A stretch of 54,808 bases of DNA. Origin: an uncultured Clostridia bacterium (GTDB taxonomy: Bacteria; Bacillota; Clostridia; Christensenellales; CAG-314). The notes under the pieces were generated by a model, which was given only the letters and a program-made list of their open reading frames with translations, was not told the DNA's origin and did not search any database. Location of the stretch: assembly GCA_934281515.1 (NCBI GenBank), contig CAKQXG010000002.1:1-54808 (forward strand). The letters are read 5' to 3'. This document shows positions 35,501-41,404 of this stretch, piece by piece. Every line of letters begins with the position of its first letter. The stretch's first letter is position 1. The translations under genes were made by a program, and so were the position numbers.

Positions 35501-35906
35501 ATGCGCAGCTCTTGTAGTAAACCGCCGCTTCCGTGCAGGTTGCTTCGCTCTTGAGATACTTGGCGTCGACAACTTGCTTGTCGAACACGTGGTTATCTGC
35601 AAGCTTGGGCAACTTGATTTCCACCGTGCCGTAGTCCGACGTGTACACCGTCTTGCCGTCCTCGGTGTGGGTTGCCGCAGTTGTGCTTGCCGTCCACACG
35701 GTCGTGTCGGACAGCGCCGCTACGGTAACCGTTTCTGCTTCGCCACATTCGGTGCAAGTGCGCGTAGCCTCGCCCGTGGCGGTCTCGGTAGGTTGCGTGG
35801 TAAGCGTCCACTCGCCGTAGGTATGCGTATGACTGTCGCATGCCGCCAACGAAAGGCACAACACCACTACCGCTACCAACGCCAGTAGTAATTTGGTCCG
35901 TTTCAT
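29550..35906 (-). CDS. 2118-aa surface lipoprotein: 7 Cys/His knuckle repeats, 7 Flg_new repeats and large uncharacterised beta-rich modules
   Basis: Lipobox LAAC. SD GGAGGAGG. Flg_new signatures include GYKFLGWYTTPTFDED...YYALF, GYTFRGWYSEAGFGNE...VYAKY and SFVGWFLKDGENWGEK...YYAKW. Own promoter and terminator. Confidence 0.92.
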   Translation of the reverse strand: MKRTKLLLALVAVVVLCLSLAACDSHTHTYGEWTLTTQPTETATGEATRTCTECGEAETVTVAALSDTTVWTASTTAATHTEDGKTVYTSDYGTVEIKLPKLADNHVFDKQVVDAKYLKSEATCTEAAVYYKSCACGESSKEHGGETFTTGEALGHDFEHGTEVAGSRKAATCIAEGEYKVKCSRCDEVTTITLAIDPNAHDWDEGTITTPATCSAEGVKTFTCKHDSNHTKTESVAIDPDAHEWNDGVITTPATCSATGVKTYTCAHNSNHTRTETVSVDPNAHKAETDWTIDTPATCTQNGSKSHHCEYCDAKLDNEVIPATGHGEYQFVSWETEPTETAAGVANVKCGKCNAELTQEVAALTNPMWTKTETPATYDAAGNKAYTATVFGSEQTINVAIARHIAPYEGKTYQLVSFGNANGNINGKYFKDPDNDSVSYYITYSFVVGEAGLSTDTFYRSDADYYTDGKVQFSGYDASTGKFNVTFAWKQKTNAGWGYDDYGWDTEETVGKEETTWGCVSADGSALYIYKGGSGRTASHYFAVAGTEQIAVSGTQAQAASLLLYGNKAVCLQLGSTMFFVDENNVVFGATLVDLEGNALTIANYTDSTVVIVNDASGTKVGAFARVVSADGKADYVVCDGYEGIYTDGLGEKAYINGVGGITVKGLGYELVGTYNKVEGSDNEFDVLLDNGGMEYYLVTVKGNTYTKTKVMTTINYDLDGGTLPDGKTSDSVNIKVEFTLPTPTKEGYKFLGWYTTPTFDEDTRVETITLEQAGGDHTYYALFAAPAKVTFYNLDDGSNSGEILVNVGESILAAMPGYVINETKSKDGTKLFVGWYYVDGEDESLLVEGEDLVLLEESGSSISIRAKWAPLKTLTLVYGHGIDNKTLYMGDGDNIAELIATANANIKYNAGRPFVAWYIDTNGNGIVDAEEALLTESDVCSGNMTLVAKWNEDVSWEIKLGSGSNYPFVYDSESGTWKSSNNGSGYATSHAQLEIIAKSGTPLEVEFELTFVKTGSDELYFRYYKDGKRESETIKDSITSRKFVGIICKTSDGTEQHVQIDFKKSMLNSASFVALTNLTINGVAITTPNSPDYKDGTYTNETLGNLVINGFGAGTIGGEALTYTIAANDAGYTLLAKTANKTYKVTLNGSTYTAEEWNVTISFNLGVEGQTKDSATLAYGTTYQLTEEIAPTIDGYTFRGWYSEAGFGNEITSVELTTDVTVYAKYDPAVTLTFDYNGQGTENVVINDKFKGDTIGNVIPDASELTKDGQSFVGWFLKDGENWGEKATADTILQNSVTYYAKWADAPKSVGVYKGWNLYGNKSGSTQSSFTKDVLTVNMDGTFAYSSKTGTLTAEQMQIVDGSMVLEDTYYYFNKELGAMWRKYNGGNAKRVGVDTDLAFLEGTVTNVDYCGSRDFVGGSYVSLMQITYANGDVKTALLYNNKIVANVTLPEGKTFANALSGSVVVSKDGIAFVKLANNKVLNSDGLMGEYTGEGTLSLNGFGDFTVGDISGTYTKAAEEAGYTLLAMTNTQAYKITLSGSAYTMEAYNVTVSFDFGDLAELAGVFADQTIPYDISTKLNTAPTIEGYKFRGWYENAEFSGSAKTTVTLKENKTYYAKYDPAVELIFDYNGQGTAAVSINNKYVGDYVSDIPDASALTYEGKAFAGWFLKDGENWGAQASTSYKLTGNTTFFAKWVSAPESYGTFKGWNMDEDGKSESYEISKLSTVVFKVDVVGKYSGSRLTSGTLTDEQAAIADGFMVLGRYIYFNKAAGIVWYGYSSSETGVNNDTMIGFDEARVSKASVFAVKSVKNAATGKSHYALWIAVEYKDGTTKMVFCYEEKVIYDVVFSSGSTVYNDVTKLTKATKMTISEANGNLLYAYDNGNILVADGLAGTYTGEYGAIELDGYGTLAIGGQSVVYTADGNKITFIAANAMRVVELGEGSYTKVQDGYQGTYTLPDDAGTIVLDGYGNAGESATYVVSGTNITIYTADGSTTYGIDVDNKQLLGKSVFANYKFVMGTHTARTIQFADAVGIEGRMEFGSYGFYVEFANGVLVGNELTVTVTAQGANLGNVGKTITFTVSGNTLTVASCPGLNTNLTSEYDLVVGTVYTCEGFSL
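30240..32621 (-). repeat. tandem duplication of a roughly 390-400-aa super-module inside the 2118-aa gene
   Basis: Unit 1 is 31452-32621 and unit 2 is 30240-31451. Conserved DNA islands sit 1176 nt apart: ccccagttttcgccgtctttaaggaaccaacc at 32053 versus ccccagttttcaccgtccttaaggaaccaacc at 30877. At protein level, YTLLAKTANKTYKVTLNGSTYTAEEWNVTISF matches YTLLAMTNTQAYKITLSGSAYTMEAYNVTVSF, among others. Confidence 0.85.
34815..35831 (-). repeat. seven roughly 35-45-aa Cys/His repeats (aa 26-364 of the 2118-aa protein)
   Basis: Examples are HDWDEGTITTPATCSAEGVKTFTCKHDSNHTKTE, HEWNDGVITTPATCSATGVKTYTCAHNSNHTRTE, HDFEHGTEVAGSRKAATCIAEGEYKVKCSRCDEV and HKAETDWTIDTPATCTQNGSKSHHCEYCDAKL. Confidence 0.8.
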
Positions 35907-35945
35907 AGAGAATCCTCCTCCATAATATGCTGTTACTTACTCTTG

Positions 35946-36093
35946 AAAAACAAAAGCTCGGGCGTCGCATACAATGCCCCGCCTGAATCGGCGCGACAAC
36001 GATGGCAGAATCCTGAGCTTGTCCGAAAGTACTTATTCAGTTTGTGGCTAAAAAACGTATTTTCGGAAAGCTCGCGGAATTGCACCGCAGCTT
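35946..36093 (-). promoter_or_regulatory. structured roughly 200-nt 5' leader of the 2118-aa gene with mutually exclusive helices and a U-run (attenuator-like)
   Basis: Hand-folded RNA segments: A AAGCUGCGG (36085-93), B CCGCGAGCUUUCCGAAA (36061-77), C UUUCGGACAAGCUCAGG (36012-28), D CCCGAGCUU plus UUUGUUUUU (35946-62). A:B gives 9 bp, B:C gives 13 bp and C:D gives 8 bp. Neighbouring helices share nucleotides. Confidence 0.4.
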
Positions 36094-36120
36094 GTTTCTC
36101 GAAAAATAAATATTGTAAAT

Positions 36121-36149
36121 ATTATATATCCGTCGATGTTACAAGTCAA
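36121..36149 (-). promoter_or_regulatory. consensus sigma-70 promoter of the 2118-aa gene
   Basis: Minus strand reads TTGACT-N17-TATAAT, about 215 nt upstream of the ATG at 35906. Confidence 0.65.
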
Positions 36150-36220
36150 CCGATTGAACAGAAAAATGCAAAAAAACAAGCAAATTTGTAGCCGACAACG
36201 CCACACAACGCCCGAAGTGC

Positions 36221-36260
36221 AAAAGAAAACAAGGTCACTACTGACAATGACCTTGTTTTT
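36221..36260. terminator. bidirectional rho-independent terminator downstream of the 1600-aa gene
   Basis: AAAAGAAAA-CAAGGTCA-ctactgacaa-TGACCTTG-TTTTT. Confidence 0.75.
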
Positions 36261-36310
36261 GCCGACACTACCATCCGATGCCGAAGATATCCTTTGGTTA
36301 AAATGAAATC

Positions 36311-36341
36311 GGGGAGAAACCTTTAGTAAAAGGTTCTCCCC
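36311..36341 (+). repeat. long-hairpin intergenic repeat, degenerate copy C (hairpin only)
   Basis: GGGGAGAAACCTTT-agta-AAAGGTTCTCCCC, 9 nt beyond the stop of the 1600-aa gene. It lacks the GTACCCCT tail. Confidence 0.6.
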
Positions 36342-36349
36342 GCGATTAC

Positions 36350-39300
36350 TTATACAAAGTGAAACAGACAACCGACCGTCACTGCTCCGTGAGTGTAACG
36401 ATCCGTCATGCTGCTTGACGTGCAAGTAAGGCTTGACGGTGACAATCTGTCGTCCAGTGTAAGCGTAAAGGTAAACGTTACGTCTTCGCCGTCGACCTTG
36501 CCGACAAATGTCAGCGTTACTACGCCGTCTGCCAACGTGTACTTGCCTGCAAAGCCGTCCTTGGTGCCGAACGGGCACTCGTATATATCGCCGTTGCATG
36601 CGTAGTCGCCTTCGTCGTGCATGGGAGAAACCGACACGCACGTCACTACGCCGTCCGAGCCGAATACAAAGGTCGTGTTTGCCTCGTAAGCGGACGAACC
36701 GCAGTAAAAAGATACCGTGCCGCTTACCGTTTTGCCGACGATCAACTCTTCCATCGTCGGGATAGAGACAACTTTGTATTGTTCGCCGTCCAAAGCAAAC
36801 GCCTTGCGGACATCGCCAAACACGGCAAGCAATGTGCCCTTGCGCGTAATTGTGTAGGTACCCGACTGCTCGCCCAGCGTAGCATTGCCGAAGCCGTCAA
36901 GCACAAGAGTATCAGCGCCGCCGTCAACGTCTGTGTAGCTGCCCTGCAAACCGTCGGCTTCCAACAAGCCGTTGCGCGAATCGTTCCAGTCCACTATACG
37001 GAACAGCCTGTACTTGCCGCCCATAAGCACCGTGATTGTGTTGTCGTCAGGCTCGTCACACTGTTTCGTCATAGTGTTGGCGGTAAGGAAGTACACAAAA
37101 CTGCCGCCTGCCGAAATGCGCGTAAGATAAACGTCGTTGCCGTTGCCTGCCTGAGCAATTTCGTACCCGGTGACGAACATCGTGCCGTGATTAGGCACCG
37201 AAAGACACAGCGTTTTGTTGAGCCATTTGTAGCCCGTAACGACCATTGTAGTGCCGTCGGCTTGCGACGTCAAACGAATGACAACGTTGTCTGTAAAGGG
37301 CACAAACTGCCCGACGTACTGCACGCCACTGAGAGTCAGGTGCGCAACGCCGGTGTTTTCCAGCGTAAGGTTGGCTTGTTCGCCGGCAAAACTGTTGGGA
37401 TAGCTACCGACAAACTCGTTGCCACTGTAAATGTCGCCAAGCACTTCGACAGAGTAGTAACTGGTGACCGTGGTATCGCCGACTTTTACCTTGACCGCAT
37501 AGCGATACACGCCAGCTTTGTTACAATACACGGCATTGACGTCGATGTTAGATTTTTTGTCGGTAAGCGACCATGCGCCGTCCGCCGTAATCACGTTAAT
37601 GGCATTGTAGAAGGTTTCGTCGGGTGCCTTGGTTGTACCTTTCTTGATATAGCTGACGCCGATGTCGACAACCGCTCCGTCGACGATTTCGCTGTTGACA
37701 AAGCGTTGTCCGCCGACATCGATTGCACCGTCGTCCGTATTGACAAGGGGCATTTGCTTGACAATAAGCAGATTCAACAGATCGGACAGGTAGAATTGCG
37801 CCGTCCTTGCATAAGGGAAAGTGCTTGTTGCGCCGACAAAGTCCACAAACAACTCGTTGCCGAATTGTTCGTAGGTGAGCTTGGTAACAACATAGGTGTT
37901 TGTTGCCAGCGAGATGTGACCGCCACCGTAGCCGTCCAGGAAGATTGCCATGTTGCCGAGACGGTAGTAACCGAACAGATTGTCCCTGTCGAGTACGCTA
38001 AACGTACCGTTGGCGGTGTCGAGCACAAACTTGTAGCTGTAGTACAGCTCGTCGGCAGTGCCGACGCGTTCGGCACGACTTGCCGTGTAGGTGCTGTCGG
38101 CAACGTTTGCGCCGCTTATGTCGGTAGAGTAGGTGATGTCTACCAACTTGTCGGTTTGGGAATTGAAACCGAAGGAGATTTGTCCCGTTTCGCCCAAAAC
38201 TAGAGTTGCCGCCAAACCGTTGTACTTTCCTTTGTAGGTACCTTTAAGCGGATTTTTACCGCCCGTAAGGTCTACAATGGTGCCGACAATGTCGGTGTTC
38301 ATCACAAACGACTTGGTCTCGCCGAGAAATTCGTAGGTGCTTTGCACGTCCTTGTTCGGCTCGAAGTCGGCTGCAAAATTGACAACGCCATGGGTAACTT
38401 CGTAGTAGTAGTTGCTTGCCGAGAAGCCGCCCGAAGCCAATTCTTTCATCAGGGTTTTGGCACCGTACCAGAAAGACGCGCCGCCATTGTTGGACGTGAC
38501 ATGCATTGCTTCCAGAGTGTAGGGACCTGCATACTGACACAAAACAACGTGATTCTTTCTGCTGTTGATTTGCACAATGCCGTCAATCGTGTACAAATCC
38601 GTGCGAGCGTACATCAAAGGACGATTGAGCGTGTCCGTGCCGAACTGCATGCGCATTTCGTTGGTCGGTTGCAAAAATACGATACCGTTGTCAAAAAACA
38701 TGGTAAAGTTGTTGCTTGCTACACGCACCGTCAACACTCCGTTGTCGTCGCTGCCGAGTAACTGACCGAGATTGCTGCCCAACTTCAATGTACCGTCGGA
38801 GTAGACGGTAAGATTCGGATAAGGACGTGCCGCCGAACCTTCGGAAATATAGCCGTCGGAGTCTTCGTCCGAATCGGTTGCCACGGTAAGAGTGCCTGCT
38901 TCGTACTCGCCGACAATGCCGCTGTCGATGACGGTGACATACGCCGACTTACTGACTCCGCCGTAGCTGACTGTAACGACATATCTGCCGGCTGTAAATA
39001 CGTCTACTTTGCCGCTGACATACTGCGGCAACACGGTTACCGACTGACCGTCGGCGTAAATTTCAAACAGGTCGACCGTGCGGATGGTCTCGCCTGTGAA
39101 AATGGTAGCGTCATTGGCGACAATCTGCAAGTCGGCTTTGATTTCCACATCGTAACTTACAGTGACGGGGGCGGATTCGGGTCCGTTGACGTAAACGTCC
39201 ACCGTGACGGTTTGCCAACTTGCCTTGGGATCGAATGTCGTGCGCGCAACGGCGTACAGGGTCATGCTGTCGATCCAATCTTTGTTGAACGTCAGGTTTT

Positions 39301-41152
39301 TTGCCACTGTTTGTCCGTTGAGATACACCTTTATGTTGCTAAGCACATTGTAACCGTCGCCGTTGTCCAGCGACACAACGTCTTTTACAAGGTCAATCGT
39401 GTAGGTATTTGACACCGTGCGGTAGGTAATTGTTTTAGTAACGGTTTCATATTTGGGGACGCGACCGGTTGTCGTTACATTGTAGTTGATGGTAATCGTA
39501 ACGGGCATTTCCGTCGAAAAACCGACGTTGCCCAATTGCGACATGGTCTGACCTTCGTAGCCGAATGTCAGGTAGCGCGTTACGTCGGTCAGCATGACGC
39601 CGTTGACAACCACTCGAATATCCTTGTTGAAGTCGTAGGTTGCCACCATCGTGCCGCTCTTGACTTCTATCTCCTCGGCGCGGGTTACTATCACCACGCC
39701 GTCCTTGACCACAATGGTAACCGTCGCAGACACGCCTTCGTAGGTGCATGTTACAGGGTAGCTGCCTGCTTTGGTGTAGGACACCGTACCCGTCAGCATG
39801 TCCGCAGTGACCGTCACTTCGTTGCCGTTGTCCGTAACGACAAACAACCCGGCGACGTCTACGGGTGCGGAGTTGGTGTACACTTCGACGCTTTCCTTAC
39901 GCGCGACAACCGTTACAGGCTGTTCATTCGTGACAGTAACCGTTGTTGTAGCCACGTTTTTGTCACCGTAAACAAGTTTTACCGTGTAGTCACCTGCTGT
40001 TGTTGCTTGTTTAAGCTCGGCTGCGTCCACCATTTCGGCGGTAACCGCAACTTCCTTTTCGTCGACATACAAGCTGAACAGCCTCGTAACGTCAAACTCC
40101 GCGACCTGATTGATGTGCAGTTTCAGCGACGGATAGCAGGCAACGCCTTCCATCACTTCGCCTTCCACCACGTTGACGTCAACATTGACTGTCATGCCGT
40201 CCACAGACAACGACAGCGTGTACTTGCCTGCCGCAGCGACGACGGTTCCGTCCAGCATATCTTGCGTAACCGCAACGTCTTCGCCGTCGATTTTAAGCCC
40301 GAACAGCTTTGTGAAGTCGTAACTATCCACCCTTGCAACGTTGATACTGAGCGACGTTGTGCGTACCGACGGCAAATACACGTTAGGCGTGACGGTAAAC
40401 TTGATTTCTTTGCTGTAGTTGCCCACGTTGCAAACAAGCTTGCCCTCACCGCCCCAACGCTTGACGCCTGACAGGTCGATGTCTGCATCCGTAACGTCAT
40501 AGGGTTCACCGTTTTTGGTGACGGTAAACAGCGCGGCGTAGTCGTAATTAAACAAATCCTTGCTTGCAATTGTCACCGACGAACGGCTTGTTTCAATTGT
40601 GTAGATGTCCTGCACACGTACCTTCAACGTGCGTATAACGCCGTGAAAGTTGACCGTGTAGGTGTAGTCGCCTTCGGTTGCGGCAACGTCGGAAGTTACC
40701 ATGTCGTCGGTTATCTCCGCCGTCTGACCGTTGTGCGTGGCGCGGAACAACGACTTGTAGTCGTAGCTTACCGCCTCGGCAGGGGATACAATCACACGCT
40801 CGGTAGACAGCGACAAGCCGTACTCGGTGTGTTCGATTACGATTTCCGCAGTTGCGGAAGTTTCCTTGTAGGTACATTTGACCATGCCGCCCGTTGCAGT
40901 CAATCCCGACATGTCCAGCATATCGGCAGTTACGGCGACATGGTTGTCGCCCTCTGTTACGACAAACAACTTGCCGTAGTCGAAACCGCTTGTTTCTTCG
41001 TCGACAATGTAAAACTTTCCTTGCCAATAATGCAATTCGAAGTCGTTTACTTCGACGATGACCTTGCCTTGGTCGACACGGTTGTCGCAAGCGGCAAGAA
41101 CAAGCAGGGCAGAGAGCAAAATAAGCAATATGGTAAATACTTTTTTGTTCAT
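36350..41152 (-). CDS. 1600-aa surface lipoprotein: N-terminal array of Ig-like repeats plus an approximately 850-aa uncharacterised C-terminal region
   Basis: Lipobox LAAC. SD GAGGGA. Confidence 0.92.
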   Translation of the reverse strand: MNKKVFTILLILLSALLVLAACDNRVDQGKVIVEVNDFELHYWQGKFYIVDEETSGFDYGKLFVVTEGDNHVAVTADMLDMSGLTATGGMVKCTYKETSATAEIVIEHTEYGLSLSTERVIVSPAEAVSYDYKSLFRATHNGQTAEITDDMVTSDVAATEGDYTYTVNFHGVIRTLKVRVQDIYTIETSRSSVTIASKDLFNYDYAALFTVTKNGEPYDVTDADIDLSGVKRWGGEGKLVCNVGNYSKEIKFTVTPNVYLPSVRTTSLSINVARVDSYDFTKLFGLKIDGEDVAVTQDMLDGTVVAAAGKYTLSLSVDGMTVNVDVNVVEGEVMEGVACYPSLKLHINQVAEFDVTRLFSLYVDEKEVAVTAEMVDAAELKQATTAGDYTVKLVYGDKNVATTTVTVTNEQPVTVVARKESVEVYTNSAPVDVAGLFVVTDNGNEVTVTADMLTGTVSYTKAGSYPVTCTYEGVSATVTIVVKDGVVIVTRAEEIEVKSGTMVATYDFNKDIRVVVNGVMLTDVTRYLTFGYEGQTMSQLGNVGFSTEMPVTITINYNVTTTGRVPKYETVTKTITYRTVSNTYTIDLVKDVVSLDNGDGYNVLSNIKVYLNGQTVAKNLTFNKDWIDSMTLYAVARTTFDPKASWQTVTVDVYVNGPESAPVTVSYDVEIKADLQIVANDATIFTGETIRTVDLFEIYADGQSVTVLPQYVSGKVDVFTAGRYVVTVSYGGVSKSAYVTVIDSGIVGEYEAGTLTVATDSDEDSDGYISEGSAARPYPNLTVYSDGTLKLGSNLGQLLGSDDNGVLTVRVASNNFTMFFDNGIVFLQPTNEMRMQFGTDTLNRPLMYARTDLYTIDGIVQINSRKNHVVLCQYAGPYTLEAMHVTSNNGGASFWYGAKTLMKELASGGFSASNYYYEVTHGVVNFAADFEPNKDVQSTYEFLGETKSFVMNTDIVGTIVDLTGGKNPLKGTYKGKYNGLAATLVLGETGQISFGFNSQTDKLVDITYSTDISGANVADSTYTASRAERVGTADELYYSYKFVLDTANGTFSVLDRDNLFGYYRLGNMAIFLDGYGGGHISLATNTYVVTKLTYEQFGNELFVDFVGATSTFPYARTAQFYLSDLLNLLIVKQMPLVNTDDGAIDVGGQRFVNSEIVDGAVVDIGVSYIKKGTTKAPDETFYNAINVITADGAWSLTDKKSNIDVNAVYCNKAGVYRYAVKVKVGDTTVTSYYSVEVLGDIYSGNEFVGSYPNSFAGEQANLTLENTGVAHLTLSGVQYVGQFVPFTDNVVIRLTSQADGTTMVVTGYKWLNKTLCLSVPNHGTMFVTGYEIAQAGNGNDVYLTRISAGGSFVYFLTANTMTKQCDEPDDNTITVLMGGKYRLFRIVDWNDSRNGLLEADGLQGSYTDVDGGADTLVLDGFGNATLGEQSGTYTITRKGTLLAVFGDVRKAFALDGEQYKVVSIPTMEELIVGKTVSGTVSFYCGSSAYEANTTFVFGSDGVVTCVSVSPMHDEGDYACNGDIYECPFGTKDGFAGKYTLADGVVTLTFVGKVDGEDVTFTFTLTLDDRLSPSSLTCTSSSMTDRYTHGAVTVGCLFHFV
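38927..41065 (-). repeat. array of at least 8 Ig-like repeats, roughly 75-aa period (aa 30-742 of the 1600-aa protein)
   Basis: Recurring pattern (Y/F)D(Y/F)xxLFxxxxxGxxVxVTxDM(L/V)...G.Y......V.V. Examples are YDYKSLFRATHNGQTAEITDDMV, YDFTKLFGLKIDGEDVAVTQDML, FDVTRLFSLYVDEKEVAVTAEMV and VDVAGLFVVTDNGNEVTVTADML. Confidence 0.8.
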
Positions 41153-41168
41153 TTTATCCCTCGGATAG

Positions 41169-41251
41169 GTAATGTCGATATTGACGTTATGAAACGCAGG
41201 ACATTGTTTGCAGTCCCGACGAAAGACAAAACGTCAGGTATCGACATTTAC
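41169..41251 (-). promoter_or_regulatory. long imperfect inverted repeat in the leader of the 1600-aa gene
   Basis: GTAATGTCGATATTGACGT (41169-87) pairs with ACGTCAGGTATCGACATTTAC (41231-51): 18 matched positions and a 43-nt spacer. It ends about 10 nt before the SD. Confidence 0.5.
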
Positions 41252-41404
41252 GACAATACCACGTTTCGCCGACAAACGTTGCGTCCGACATATAAGCATG
41301 TCGAATCCGAAGCCTGTCGTCGGAAACATGGTATTGCGTGAAAACTTTACACGATACAATTTGTTTGTCCGCAACGACAAAACGCCGTCGCGGACAAAAT
41401 CCGA

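Noticed and set aside
35943-36191. An 82-aa plus-strand ORF upstream of the 2118-aa gene.
   Set aside because: It lies antisense to the promoter and structured leader of the 2118-aa gene, has no SD, and its translation is not protein-like.
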